DNA of 64,000 bases from Rhodothermales bacterium (GTDB lineage Bacteria; Bacteroidota; Rhodothermia; Rhodothermales; VXPQ01). Below are positions 10,156-19,229 of the stretch, piece after piece. The notes beneath the pieces were generated by a model, which worked only from the letters and a program-made list of their open reading frames with translations, searched no databases and was not told where the DNA came from. Location of the stretch: contig JBBDTI010000075.1 in assembly GCA_040904565.1 (NCBI GenBank), positions 170,508 to 234,507 on the forward strand, written 5' to 3'. The position numbers were made by a program, and so were the translations under genes. The stretch's first letter is position 1. The number at the start of each line of letters is the position of its first letter.

Positions 10156-10362
10156 ATGATATCGCCCCACGATTTCGATTCATTTCGGCGACCCATATCA
10201 TAGCTCGACCGACTCCGACCGTGTTTCTTGTCTCCATAGGCGCACGGCCGTCTCTGCACGCCGTCACCCACGGAGGCCATGTACGGAAAGAGCGCCTCGT
10301 GCTCCGGATATAGAATAGTCTCTGCGCGTCCTGATCCCTTTCGTCCGGCAGTACCTGGTGCA

Positions 10363-10749
10363 TCAACCGGCGATGAGTGAGAACAGGGCACACTGCCGCG
10401 CTTCGGTCCGGGACAGCACCCATCCGTCTATCTGAACCGTTCGCCCCCTGTCGAAATCGCGGCGGACCTGTTTCTCGATATCTGCTTGATTCGCCGCGGA
10501 GCCCCCGGAGCGTTTCATATCGCCCGTGATCTGAGCGGCCAGCACGTGAACGTCATCTTCGAACGGTACCGTTCGCCGGTACGACGCTCCGATGGCTCGA
10601 ACGGACTCCCGGTCTCTGAGGATGTGAAGCAGGCCCGGCTCGGCCAATCGATGGAGCTCCGACTGACTCGCAACCGAGATCGCCGCGCCAGGTAACGAGG
10701 CGGCTATCAGTCCGGCCGTTCCCAGTTGCAAAAATCTACGTCGTCTCAT
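10363..10749 (-). CDS. Small Tat-signal protein, probable partner of the GMC oxidoreductase
   Basis: MRRRRFLQ twin-arginine leader; C-terminal DFDRGRTVQIDGWVLSRTEARQCAL; starts 54 nt after the GMC stop. Confidence 0.7.
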   Translation of the reverse strand: MRRRRFLQLGTAGLIAASLPGAAISVASQSELHRLAEPGLLHILRDRESVRAIGASYRRTVPFEDDVHVLAAQITGDMKRSGGSAANQADIEKQVRRDFDRGRTVQIDGWVLSRTEARQCALFSLIAG

Positions 10750-10803
10750 GGTCTATCCCGTTTCGCACTGTGTATTGGAGAATTCGGTTGGAAGGAGTGG
10801 CGC

Positions 10804-12348
10804 CTAGCTCAGCTCGTCGCGCAGGTGATCGGACAGGCGCAGCGTAAGCGCGACGAGCGACAGCGTCGGGTTTACGCACCCCGCCGTCGGAAAGGGTCCC
10901 GACCCCGCCACGTAGAGGTTGCCGAGGCCGTGCACCTTGCAACGTGGATCGACGACGCCTTCACGTGGGCTTTCGGCCATGCGGGTCGTTCCCATATGAT
11001 GCCATCCCCCGCCGAGAAAGGACGGCCATCCGTCCTCCATCAGCCAGTCGTGCAACTGCACGCGCGCGACGCCGCTTCGTCCGGCTTCATGTCCGATGAT
11101 TTCATAAAACCGGCGAATCGTATGCTTGTCAAGCTCGGTTAGCTGCCAGTCGAGCTGAACGCGCGGCACGCCGAGCGCGTCGCGTTCGCTCCCGATCGTG
11201 ACGCGCGAGTTCGGGTTGGGTGCCTGCTCCTGCCGGGAGAACAGCTGATATTCGAGGGGGTAGTCCAACGACGCCCCGTCGGACCCTTCGTTTGCCGCTT
11301 CCTGCGCGGCCTCGTCCATGCCCTCGACGTCGCGCAGCCGTTCGACGGCATCCGGCGGAATTTGATCGAACATGCCCTGAAGCGGCTCGTCCCGCTCCGG
11401 AGCGTCACGAAACGAGCACACGCCGTTCAGTACGGAGTTTTCTCGCTGCGCGGATTCTGAAAGCGTCAGCTCGGCGGCCGGGTACTTGTACTCGGGGTAA
11501 TGAAACTCGTAGAGGCGCATGCGCCGGGGCTCGGTCAACGCCAGGCGCGCGCCGGGCATCTCGAGATGCTCCATGAAGTAGCGGCCGACCAGGTCATGGT
11601 CGTTACCCAGTCCCTCGGGTGCACGTTCGTTCGAGGCCAGAAGAAGTCGTGCATTCTGGATCGCACCGCACGCCAGAACGTACGCATCCGCCCTCACGCG
11701 CAGTTCCTTGCCTTCGAGCGTTCGGATGCGCAGGCCGGTGACGGCCGAGACAGGCTCGTTGGCTTCTATCCGGGTAACATTGGCGTGCGTGTAGAGATGT
11801 ATGTTGGGTGCGTCGACGATCTCATCGCGGTAGGTTCGCCCGAAGCGGGTTGGTGGACTGAACTGCCATATCTTCGTCCGTACGATGTCGCCGTCGAAGG
11901 GCAGCAGCGCGTTGTCTTCGTGCTGCGCCGCCCAATAGGCCGGATCCCATTCGAACGGACCGAGCTGAAGGATTTCGTGCGCCCGGGGATAGTAGGCCAT
12001 CATGTCGTCGTAGCTGATCGGCCATCCGCTATGCGGGACCCAATCGCGCTCCTCGAAATCGATTGGATCGAGAATCGAGCAGAATCCGGCCCAGTGGTTG
12101 GTCGTTCCGCCGAAAAAGTGCAGTCTGGCGGCCTCCAGAGGGAAATACCTCTCCCCTACGATGTCGCCTCTATAGAGCGACTGTACGTCGGCGTCCACGT
12201 CGAAACCGCCTCCTTCAAGCAGGACGACGTCTTTATCCGTTCCGATCCACTCCATAGCCATACTGATGCCGGCGGCGCCGGCACCCACGATACAGAGATC
12301 CCCCTCGATAACGGATCCGTCATCTAACGTTCGAGCGTCTGTATGCAT
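10804..12348 (-). CDS. GMC family FAD oxidoreductase
   Basis: IVGAGAAG FAD motif, GGTTNHWAG, ACGAIQNARLLL, GRYFMEH, HHMGTTRM and NPTL motifs. Confidence 0.9.
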   Translation of the reverse strand: MHTDARTLDDGSVIEGDLCIVGAGAAGISMAMEWIGTDKDVVLLEGGGFDVDADVQSLYRGDIVGERYFPLEAARLHFFGGTTNHWAGFCSILDPIDFEERDWVPHSGWPISYDDMMAYYPRAHEILQLGPFEWDPAYWAAQHEDNALLPFDGDIVRTKIWQFSPPTRFGRTYRDEIVDAPNIHLYTHANVTRIEANEPVSAVTGLRIRTLEGKELRVRADAYVLACGAIQNARLLLASNERAPEGLGNDHDLVGRYFMEHLEMPGARLALTEPRRMRLYEFHYPEYKYPAAELTLSESAQRENSVLNGVCSFRDAPERDEPLQGMFDQIPPDAVERLRDVEGMDEAAQEAANEGSDGASLDYPLEYQLFSRQEQAPNPNSRVTIGSERDALGVPRVQLDWQLTELDKHTIRRFYEIIGHEAGRSGVARVQLHDWLMEDGWPSFLGGGWHHMGTTRMAESPREGVVDPRCKVHGLGNLYVAGSGPFPTAGCVNPTLSLVALTLRLSDHLRDELS

Positions 12349-12554
12349 TCCTTACTTCCTTGCATGAAGAAACTACACGTCCCGCGGCCGAAGGGGCCGC
12401 AGCCAATCGAAAAGATAGAAGATTGCCGCCTCAAAAAAACTCCGGTCGCCGTCGACAAGCCGCAGGGATCCTACCGCTGATTCAGAGACATCGAACCGCG
12501 CGGCCTCCACGATGACCGTACGTCGATCCCGAATTCGAGACGGTTTACCGTGCG

Positions 12555-13085
12555 CTACGCCGATTCGTGGGGGTCGTCATGAAGGATTGCGAGCAACCCG
12601 TCCAGGTCCAGCGGACGGGTATACATTGCGAGGTTGCCCGCATCGTCTACGGGCCAGGCATCCGCGGGTCGGTCCCAATACAGTTCCACGCCGTTGCCGT
12701 CGGGATCCCTCAAGTACAGGGCCTCGCTGACGCCGTGATCCGCCGCACCGTCAAGCACGACGCCCGCCGACATGACCCGCCGCAGCGCGTAGGCAAGCGC
12801 TCGACGGGTCGGATACAGAAATGCGACGTGATACAACCCCGTCATCCCGCTGTTTGGCTGCGAACCGCCGCGGCTCTCCCACGTGTTGAGGCCTATGTGA
12901 TGGTGATACCCGCCCGCACTCAGGAATACCGCCGAGCGACCCATCCACTGAGTAATCTCGAACCCGAGTACGTCCCGGTAGAACGCCAGCGCACGATCGA
13001 TGTCCGCCACCTTTAGATGCACGTGTCCGACACGAACGCGCGCCTGGTCGTCACGTTGCTCAACCTCCTTCCCGTCCTCCATCAT
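12555..13085 (-). CDS. VOC/glyoxalase family protein (CatE-like)
   Basis: GHVHLKV, FLSAGGYHHHIGLNTW, GLYHVA and DHGVSEALYLRDPDGNGVELYWD motifs. Confidence 0.88.
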   Translation of the reverse strand: MMEDGKEVEQRDDQARVRVGHVHLKVADIDRALAFYRDVLGFEITQWMGRSAVFLSAGGYHHHIGLNTWESRGGSQPNSGMTGLYHVAFLYPTRRALAYALRRVMSAGVVLDGAADHGVSEALYLRDPDGNGVELYWDRPADAWPVDDAGNLAMYTRPLDLDGLLAILHDDPHESA

Positions 13086-13277
13086 TCCGGCTGCCTAGAC
13101 AGCGTTCGTTCTTCAGCCACCAATTACCCGTATGAATCAAATGTACGCGCCCGCATCACGACCGTTCGGGCACCGATCGTCGCGGCCATCCTGCCATTCG
13201 TATATTCCGTTGCGGTCTATCCGCCCGTCAGCTAGATTGTATGGACAGCGTCTACCGTACAGATCACGGATCATATC

Positions 13278-14579
13278 ATGAATAGACGAGACTTTCTTGC
13301 CACCGCATCTTCCGTTGTGGTACTGCCGCGGAGCGTCCTCGGTGGTCCCGGCTTCAAGGCCCCAAGCGACACGCTCAATATCGCCGGCGTCGGAGCGGGT
13401 GGGATGGGCGGTGCGTACCTCCGTGAGCTGAGCAGCGAAAACATCGTGGCGCTGGCGGACGTGGACGACGAACGGGCTGCGGAAACCTATGCCCGGTTCC
13501 CCGACGCTACACGCTATACGGATTTTCGGCGTCTGTTCGACAGCGAGCAGAATATCGATGCCGTCGTCGTCGGCACGCCCGATCACACGCATGCCATCAT
13601 CGCCGTCGACGCACTGGAACGAGGCAAGCACGTATACTGCGCGAAGCCTCTCGCCCGCACTATCTATGAGGTGCGGCGCATGACCGACGCCGCTCGGGAA
13701 GCGGGCGTCGCCACGCAGATGAGCACCCAGCAGAATGCGCACGACGATCATCGGGTCATCGCCGAGATGATCTGGGACGGTGCGATCGGTCCGGTCAGAG
13801 AAGTCCACATCTGGGACAACCGACCCATTTGGCCGCAGGGCATAGAACGGCCGCCGGAGACGCCGCCCGTTCCCGATACGCTCGACTGGGAGCTCTGGCT
13901 CGGCCCCGCCCCTAGACGCCCGTATCATCCGATCTACGTTCCGTTCAGCTGGCGCGGCTGGCTCGACTTCGGCACCGGTGCACTCGGCGACATGGGCTGC
14001 CACCATTTCGACCCGGTGTTTCGCGCGTTGAAGCTGGCGGCGCCCGACAAAGTGCATGCGAGCTCGACCGAGGTCAATGAGGAGACGTTTCCTACCGCCT
14101 CCATCGTCCACTACGACTTCCCGGCGCGGGAGGATATGCCGCCCGTACGCGTGACGTGGTACGACGGCGGACTGAAGCCGCCGCGGCCGGAAGGCCTGCC
14201 GGACGGCGAACCGATGGGCGTTCCCGACCCGGGCGGGGCGTACTTCGTCGGTGATGGAGGCATCCTCATGACGGACGGCACGGGCCACAACCCGCGGCTG
14301 CTATCGGCCTCGGCGGCCGATTCGTACGACATGCCGAGTCCGGCCCTGCCGCGGTCCATCGGACACTACCAGGAATTCATCGAAGCATGTAAGGGAGGCC
14401 CTCGACCGGGCGCCCATTTCGATTACGGCGGCCCTATCACGGAGGCCGTGCTTCTCGGGAATATCGCGATCCGCACGGGCAAGACGCTCCGATGGGATGC
14501 CGAAAACATGCGCATCACGAACGACGACGAAGCCAATCGCTTCGTCCGCGAGCCCTACCACAACGGCTGGACGCTGTAG
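13278..14579 (+). CDS. Gfo/Idh/MocA oxidoreductase with Tat leader
   Basis: MNRRDFL; GAGGMG; TPDHTHA; HVYCAKPL; WRGWLDFGTGALGDMGCH. Confidence 0.9.
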   Translation: MNRRDFLATASSVVVLPRSVLGGPGFKAPSDTLNIAGVGAGGMGGAYLRELSSENIVALADVDDERAAETYARFPDATRYTDFRRLFDSEQNIDAVVVGTPDHTHAIIAVDALERGKHVYCAKPLARTIYEVRRMTDAAREAGVATQMSTQQNAHDDHRVIAEMIWDGAIGPVREVHIWDNRPIWPQGIERPPETPPVPDTLDWELWLGPAPRRPYHPIYVPFSWRGWLDFGTGALGDMGCHHFDPVFRALKLAAPDKVHASSTEVNEETFPTASIVHYDFPAREDMPPVRVTWYDGGLKPPRPEGLPDGEPMGVPDPGGAYFVGDGGILMTDGTGHNPRLLSASAADSYDMPSPALPRSIGHYQEFIEACKGGPRPGAHFDYGGPITEAVLLGNIAIRTGKTLRWDAENMRITNDDEANRFVREPYHNGWTL

Positions 14580-14612
14580 CGAATCGTTGTCGTCGACCGG
14601 CTTCTCCAGGCT

Positions 14613-15116
14613 CTAGAACGAGACGACGGCGCCGACGAGCAGTCCGGCGGCCCAGGGGCCCGGCGCGCGTCCGGCCGACAGCTGTATGGAAGCATCGAAT
14701 TGTGACGTGACGGCGTAGTCCACACCGACGTCAGCCTGCACTACGCCCCCGTCGCCCCAGTCCCCTCCCGCAGCGCCCCCGCCTAGCGAGGCGAAGGGCG
14801 TCCACTTCCCCTTCGGAAAACGCGCACGTATGGAAAGCTGCATGGTCCTCGCCGCGCTGTAGACCGCCACGTTTCGGAATTCCTCGTCGGACGACGTCGC
14901 GCGGTACTGGGCGTATCGCAGTCCGGCCCACCACGTCTCGCCGCCGAGTCTACGCCACCAGCCGAACTGAATCCCTCGAAACAGCTCCTCGCCATCCACC
15001 GCGGCGCCGCCGCGGAGCGACACCTTCCAGCCGAAATCCTCCGCCTGGGCCCGAGTGTCTGCCGCCGTAAAGCACGCTAACAGAAGCAGCAACACAGCAC
15101 ACCGGCTGCCGCCCAT
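14613..15116 (-). CDS. Putative small outer-membrane beta-barrel protein
   Basis: Signal peptide from ATG 15116, amphipathic Gly/aromatic strands, C-terminal VGAVVSF (terminal Phe). Confidence 0.5.
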   Translation of the reverse strand: MGGSRCAVLLLLLACFTAADTRAQAEDFGWKVSLRGGAAVDGEELFRGIQFGWWRRLGGETWWAGLRYAQYRATSSDEEFRNVAVYSAARTMQLSIRARFPKGKWTPFASLGGGAAGGDWGDGGVVQADVGVDYAVTSQFDASIQLSAGRAPGPWAAGLLVGAVVSF

Positions 15117-15250
15117 CGAATGTCTTGACGCCGGCGTGCCGGTCCACCTGCGAGCACTTACGGACCGGCGTGTCCCACGCACGCACTTGATCGGCACGTT
15201 TCCTAGTTTCCTTCCTGAGTTACACGAAAGCTCGCTCATGAACCTTCACC

Positions 15251-16111
15251 ATGTTTATGGATGACGACAGCGTCCGCCTGTTCAGAACCGGTACCGGCAT
15301 CATCGCCGAGGTCGACGGCCGATCCTATGTGGTTCGCCACGCGGACTGGGACGTGCTGTTCAATACGCCGAACCTGCGCGAGCGGTTGATCGAGGTGGTG
15401 CGTGAGCGTTCGCCCGCTCCATCCTTCGATCGTGGTGACCTGCTCCCGCCGGTAGGCAGACAGGAAGTATGGGCCGCAGGGGTCACCTACATCCGCAGCA
15501 AGACGGCCCGCATGACCGAAGCGCAGGACGCCGGCGGGGGCGACTTCTACGATAGAGTCTACGTCGCGGATCGTCCCGAACTCTTTCTGAAGGCGACGCC
15601 GCATCGGGTGGTCGGGCATGGGGCCGACATACGCATTCGTCGCGATGCCGACTGGAACGTTCCCGAGCCCGAGCTGGCGCTCGCCGTCAACGTCGACGGC
15701 TCGATCTTCGGGTATTCGATCGGTAACGACATGAGTTCTCGTGATATCGAGGGGGACAACCCCCTATACCTGCCCCAGGCCAAAGTATACGACCAGTCGT
15801 GCGGCCTCGGTCCGGGCCTCTTCCTTCCCGCCGGGCCGCTGCCCCCTCAGACGCTCATCCAGCTGGACATCCTCCGGGGCGGAACGTCTGTATTTTCGGA
15901 TGAGATTTCACTTACGGAAATGAAACGGTCACCCGACGAACTCGTCAAGTACCTGTACCGCGACAACAGCTTCCCCTTCGGATGCTTCTTGCTCACGGGA
16001 ACGGGGATCGTCCCGCCCGACTCGTTTACGCTGCACCTCGGCGACGTCGTCCGCATCACTATCGAACCCATCGGCACGCTCCAAAATCAGGTCATACAGC
16101 ATCATGAGTAA
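15251..16111 (+). CDS. FAH-family 2-keto-3-deoxy-pentonate dehydratase (KdxD/XylX-like)
   Basis: [35 protein letters not shown] and [22 protein letters not shown] motifs. Confidence 0.85.
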   Translation: MFMDDDSVRLFRTGTGIIAEVDGRSYVVRHADWDVLFNTPNLRERLIEVVRERSPAPSFDRGDLLPPVGRQEVWAAGVTYIRSKTARMTEAQDAGGGDFYDRVYVADRPELFLKATPHRVVGHGADIRIRRDADWNVPEPELALAVNVDGSIFGYSIGNDMSSRDIEGDNPLYLPQAKVYDQSCGLGPGLFLPAGPLPPQTLIQLDILRGGTSVFSDEISLTEMKRSPDELVKYLYRDNSFPFGCFLLTGTGIVPPDSFTLHLGDVVRITIEPIGTLQNQVIQHHE

Positions 16112-17693
16112 CCCCTCTTATCACGGCGGCAATCTCATCGGACGCGACACTTCCAAAGAGGGCACGTCCACCTATACTGCTACCGATCCGTCTACCGGAA
16201 CGATACTACCGGGTACATTTTACGAGGCGACGGACTCCGAAATCGACCGGGCGGTGACGCTGGCCGACGAGGCGTGGCAGGCGTCTGCTGACGTGGAGCC
16301 TGAGGACCGCGCACGGCTGCTCGAGCGGATGGCCGACGAGATCGAACGGCTCGGAGACGCGTTCGTGGAACGGGTCGTGGCAGAAACCGGACTCGGCGAC
16401 GGACGCGTTCGCGGTGAACGCGGTCGTACCACGAGCCAGCTTCGCATGTTTGCGGAACTGGTCCGCGAGGGATCCTGGGTGGATGCGCGCATCGATCCGG
16501 GTAATCCGGAAGGCGACCCGTCGCCGAAACCGGACGTACGCCGCATGCTGATGCCGCTCGGTCCGGTGGCCGTGTTTGGTGCCAGTAATTTCCCTCTCGC
16601 CTTTTCCGTCGCCGGCGGCGACACGGCCTCCGCGATTGCGGCGGGGTGTCCGGTCATCGTAAAGGCGCATCCGGCGCATCCCGGAACGTCCGAGCTCGTC
16701 GGCGAAGCCTTGCGTCGTGCCGTCGACGCCGCCGGCTTCCACCCCGGCACGTTCTCCATGATCCACGGTCGCGACCCCGACGTCATCATGACGCTGGTAC
16801 GCCATCCGCTCCTGCGCGCCGTCGGATTCACCGGGTCGCTGCATGCGGGACGGGCGATATTCGACGCCGCCGCCGCACGCCCTCGTCCTATCCCCGTCTA
16901 CGCCGAGATGGGAAGCGTTAACCCTATCTTTCTGCTCCAGGGCGCGCTCAAGCAGCGGCCGGATGCACTGGCAGAAGGACTCGTCGGCTCGGTCACGCTG
17001 GGCGCGGGCCAGTTCTGCACGAACCCTGGACTCGTTTTTGGTCTCTCCGGCGACGGTCTCGACTATTTTGTCGACGCCGTCTCCGAAGGGCTCGGGCAAA
17101 CGCCCGCCTTCACGATGCTCCACCGCGGCATATGCGACGCGTATGTGGAGGGCCTCCGACGGCTCTCCGACGTCGACGGCGTAGAGGTGGCGGCGCAGGC
17201 GGAGTCCGGCGACGGAAGAGCGGGCGCGGCTGTTCTTACGACCTCCGCCGGCGTGTTTCTACGTGCACCGCGGCTGCACGAAGAAGTCTTCGGACCGAGC
17301 ACGCTCGTCGTCCGCTGCAAGGACCTGGAGGAGATGGAGCGTGTCGCGGCCGATCTCGAAGGCAATCTAACGGCCGCACTGCACGGCACGCGTGAAGACC
17401 TGATTGAGGCGGACGCCTTGCTCGGCATCCTGCGTCGGCGTGTGGGACGGCTGATCTTCAACGGCTTCCCCACGGGTGTGGAAGTAGGCCACGCGATGCA
17501 GCATGGGGGCCCCTATCCCGCGACGACGGACGAACGCTCGACGTCCGTCGGCACCGCCGCGATCGAACGTTTCGCTCGTCCGATCTGCTATCAGGATTTC
17601 CCACAGGATGCGCTCCCCGCCGAGCTGCGCGATCACAATGAGCGGGGCATCTGGCGCCGGATCGATGGCGCCCTAACACGCGATGCCGTGTAG
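16104..17693 (+). CDS. Aldehyde dehydrogenase (NADP+), alpha-ketoglutaric semialdehyde dehydrogenase-like
   Basis: [42 protein letters not shown] (catalytic Cys) and HGGPYPAT motifs; overlaps the FAH gene by 8 nt. Confidence 0.88.
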   Translation: MSNPSYHGGNLIGRDTSKEGTSTYTATDPSTGTILPGTFYEATDSEIDRAVTLADEAWQASADVEPEDRARLLERMADEIERLGDAFVERVVAETGLGDGRVRGERGRTTSQLRMFAELVREGSWVDARIDPGNPEGDPSPKPDVRRMLMPLGPVAVFGASNFPLAFSVAGGDTASAIAAGCPVIVKAHPAHPGTSELVGEALRRAVDAAGFHPGTFSMIHGRDPDVIMTLVRHPLLRAVGFTGSLHAGRAIFDAAAARPRPIPVYAEMGSVNPIFLLQGALKQRPDALAEGLVGSVTLGAGQFCTNPGLVFGLSGDGLDYFVDAVSEGLGQTPAFTMLHRGICDAYVEGLRRLSDVDGVEVAAQAESGDGRAGAAVLTTSAGVFLRAPRLHEEVFGPSTLVVRCKDLEEMERVAADLEGNLTAALHGTREDLIEADALLGILRRRVGRLIFNGFPTGVEVGHAMQHGGPYPATTDERSTSVGTAAIERFARPICYQDFPQDALPAELRDHNERGIWRRIDGALTRDAV

Positions 17694-17731
17694 CGGGTGG
17701 GTTCCTCCATATGAACTTCGCCGGCAGCCGT

Positions 17732-19204
17732 CTACTCGGCGTCCGCGCGCTCGACACGCACCGCCACGTCGTAGCCGTACGACGGAGGTGCCAGAGAAAG
17801 GAGACCGCCCTCGTGCGTCAGGCGCGCCGAGCGAACATGCCGCCCCGTCACGACGTCTATCCACCAGATGTCGTACGTACCGGCCGGAACGTCGAGCACC
17901 AGGTCCTCTCGCAGGCGGCCGGCGAGATATACGGCGTAGCTTCGACCCTCGTCCACGAGGGCTTCGCGAAGTGCACCGGGCGCGCGAACCACGACGCGCG
18001 CATCCGGCGTCATTTCGACGAAGGGCATGTCGTCTAAAAACTGCTTCAGGCTGCCAAGCTGATTGCGCAGCGTGGTGCCTCCACCTCCCGGCGCGTCATT
18101 GCTGGCTGCCCCACCAGGATGCTCGACCGTGAAGGAATAGTCCAGGTTGTTATAGAGCCCGCCGCCGGCCATCATGAACCGCCATGCAAGCACGCGGTAC
18201 GTACTGTCGGCCGTGCCTGCGAATCCCGTCTCATCCAGTCCAAGCACGCGATCCCACCCCAGGTTCATCTCCACGGCGTCCGGCGTTGCGTAATGGAAAT
18301 TGAGAATGGAAAGGCGCGGATCGACGCCGTATAGCGGGTATCCGAAGTTGACGAAGTTCTCGGCGATTAGATGCTTCTTCGGCAGCGCCTCTTCGGTCTC
18401 CCGGATCACGTCGATTATGGCAGCCTGCCACGCGAGGGCCGCATCGGTAGGATATTCGATTCGGCCCTGCCAGGACGCGTCCGAGGACGGCACGCCAGGA
18501 TTCAGCACCCCGGCGACGTAGCCGTTGTCCGCCCACGGCTCGTTCTGAATCTCGTAGAAGACGTTGTCGAAGTCGTTCAGCGCCTCGACAATCCGTGCTA
18601 CGACCCGTTCCTGGTATGCGAGGATGGGCCCGTTGTCGAGCGTATGCACGGCATGCCGCTCGACGTTGCCGGTATCGTTGACGTTGTTGGCCGGATTGAA
18701 TGGGTTGATAGCCCACTGGGCGTCACCGTAGATCGACGAGAAAAACGTCACCTCCACAACGATTCCGTAGGTATCCGCCGTGCGCACGAAGTCAGTCAAA
18801 CGCTCGAAATACGCCTCATTCCACCGGTCCAGGTCGAACGGACCCGTCGCGCCGATGGCGCGCGGCCAGGGTGCCACGACCGCTTCCGGCCGAGGCGCAA
18901 GAGTGTTGTGCCGGATGCCGAACGCGCCTGGCGGCTCGAAATACGTCCCCGCAAAGACGCGTGTGTAGTTCAGGCCGTCCTCGGCCAGCGCCGCGAGGTA
19001 CGTTTCGTAGTCGAAGTCGCCGTTTACGACGGCGCCGTAGTGCTCGGCGGACGTCACGAGCACCGTCGGTTCTCCGCGAAAGAGGAAATAGTGGGGGTTG
19101 TCCGGGTGGAGCGCAATCGGCTGCGCCCCGACGCCGACCGCCCCCGCGACGAATCCCCACACTAAGAGCAGCAGCATACATGTATTCAGCAGAGTCGCTC
19201 TCAT
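17732..19204 (-). CDS. Secreted GH-A-clan-like TIM-barrel protein with C-terminal beta-sandwich (DUF6298/collagen-binding-like)
   Basis: Signal peptide; HPDNPHYFLFRG, FDLDRWNEAYFERL, YEIQNEPW; C-terminal YAVYL...G.YDIWWID..TG. Confidence 0.6.
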   Translation of the reverse strand: MRATLLNTCMLLLLVWGFVAGAVGVGAQPIALHPDNPHYFLFRGEPTVLVTSAEHYGAVVNGDFDYETYLAALAEDGLNYTRVFAGTYFEPPGAFGIRHNTLAPRPEAVVAPWPRAIGATGPFDLDRWNEAYFERLTDFVRTADTYGIVVEVTFFSSIYGDAQWAINPFNPANNVNDTGNVERHAVHTLDNGPILAYQERVVARIVEALNDFDNVFYEIQNEPWADNGYVAGVLNPGVPSSDASWQGRIEYPTDAALAWQAAIIDVIRETEEALPKKHLIAENFVNFGYPLYGVDPRLSILNFHYATPDAVEMNLGWDRVLGLDETGFAGTADSTYRVLAWRFMMAGGGLYNNLDYSFTVEHPGGAASNDAPGGGGTTLRNQLGSLKQFLDDMPFVEMTPDARVVVRAPGALREALVDEGRSYAVYLAGRLREDLVLDVPAGTYDIWWIDVVTGRHVRSARLTHEGGLLSLAPPSYGYDVAVRVERADAE

Positions 19205-19229
19205 CAATCGTCCCGATGTCTTGAGGATC

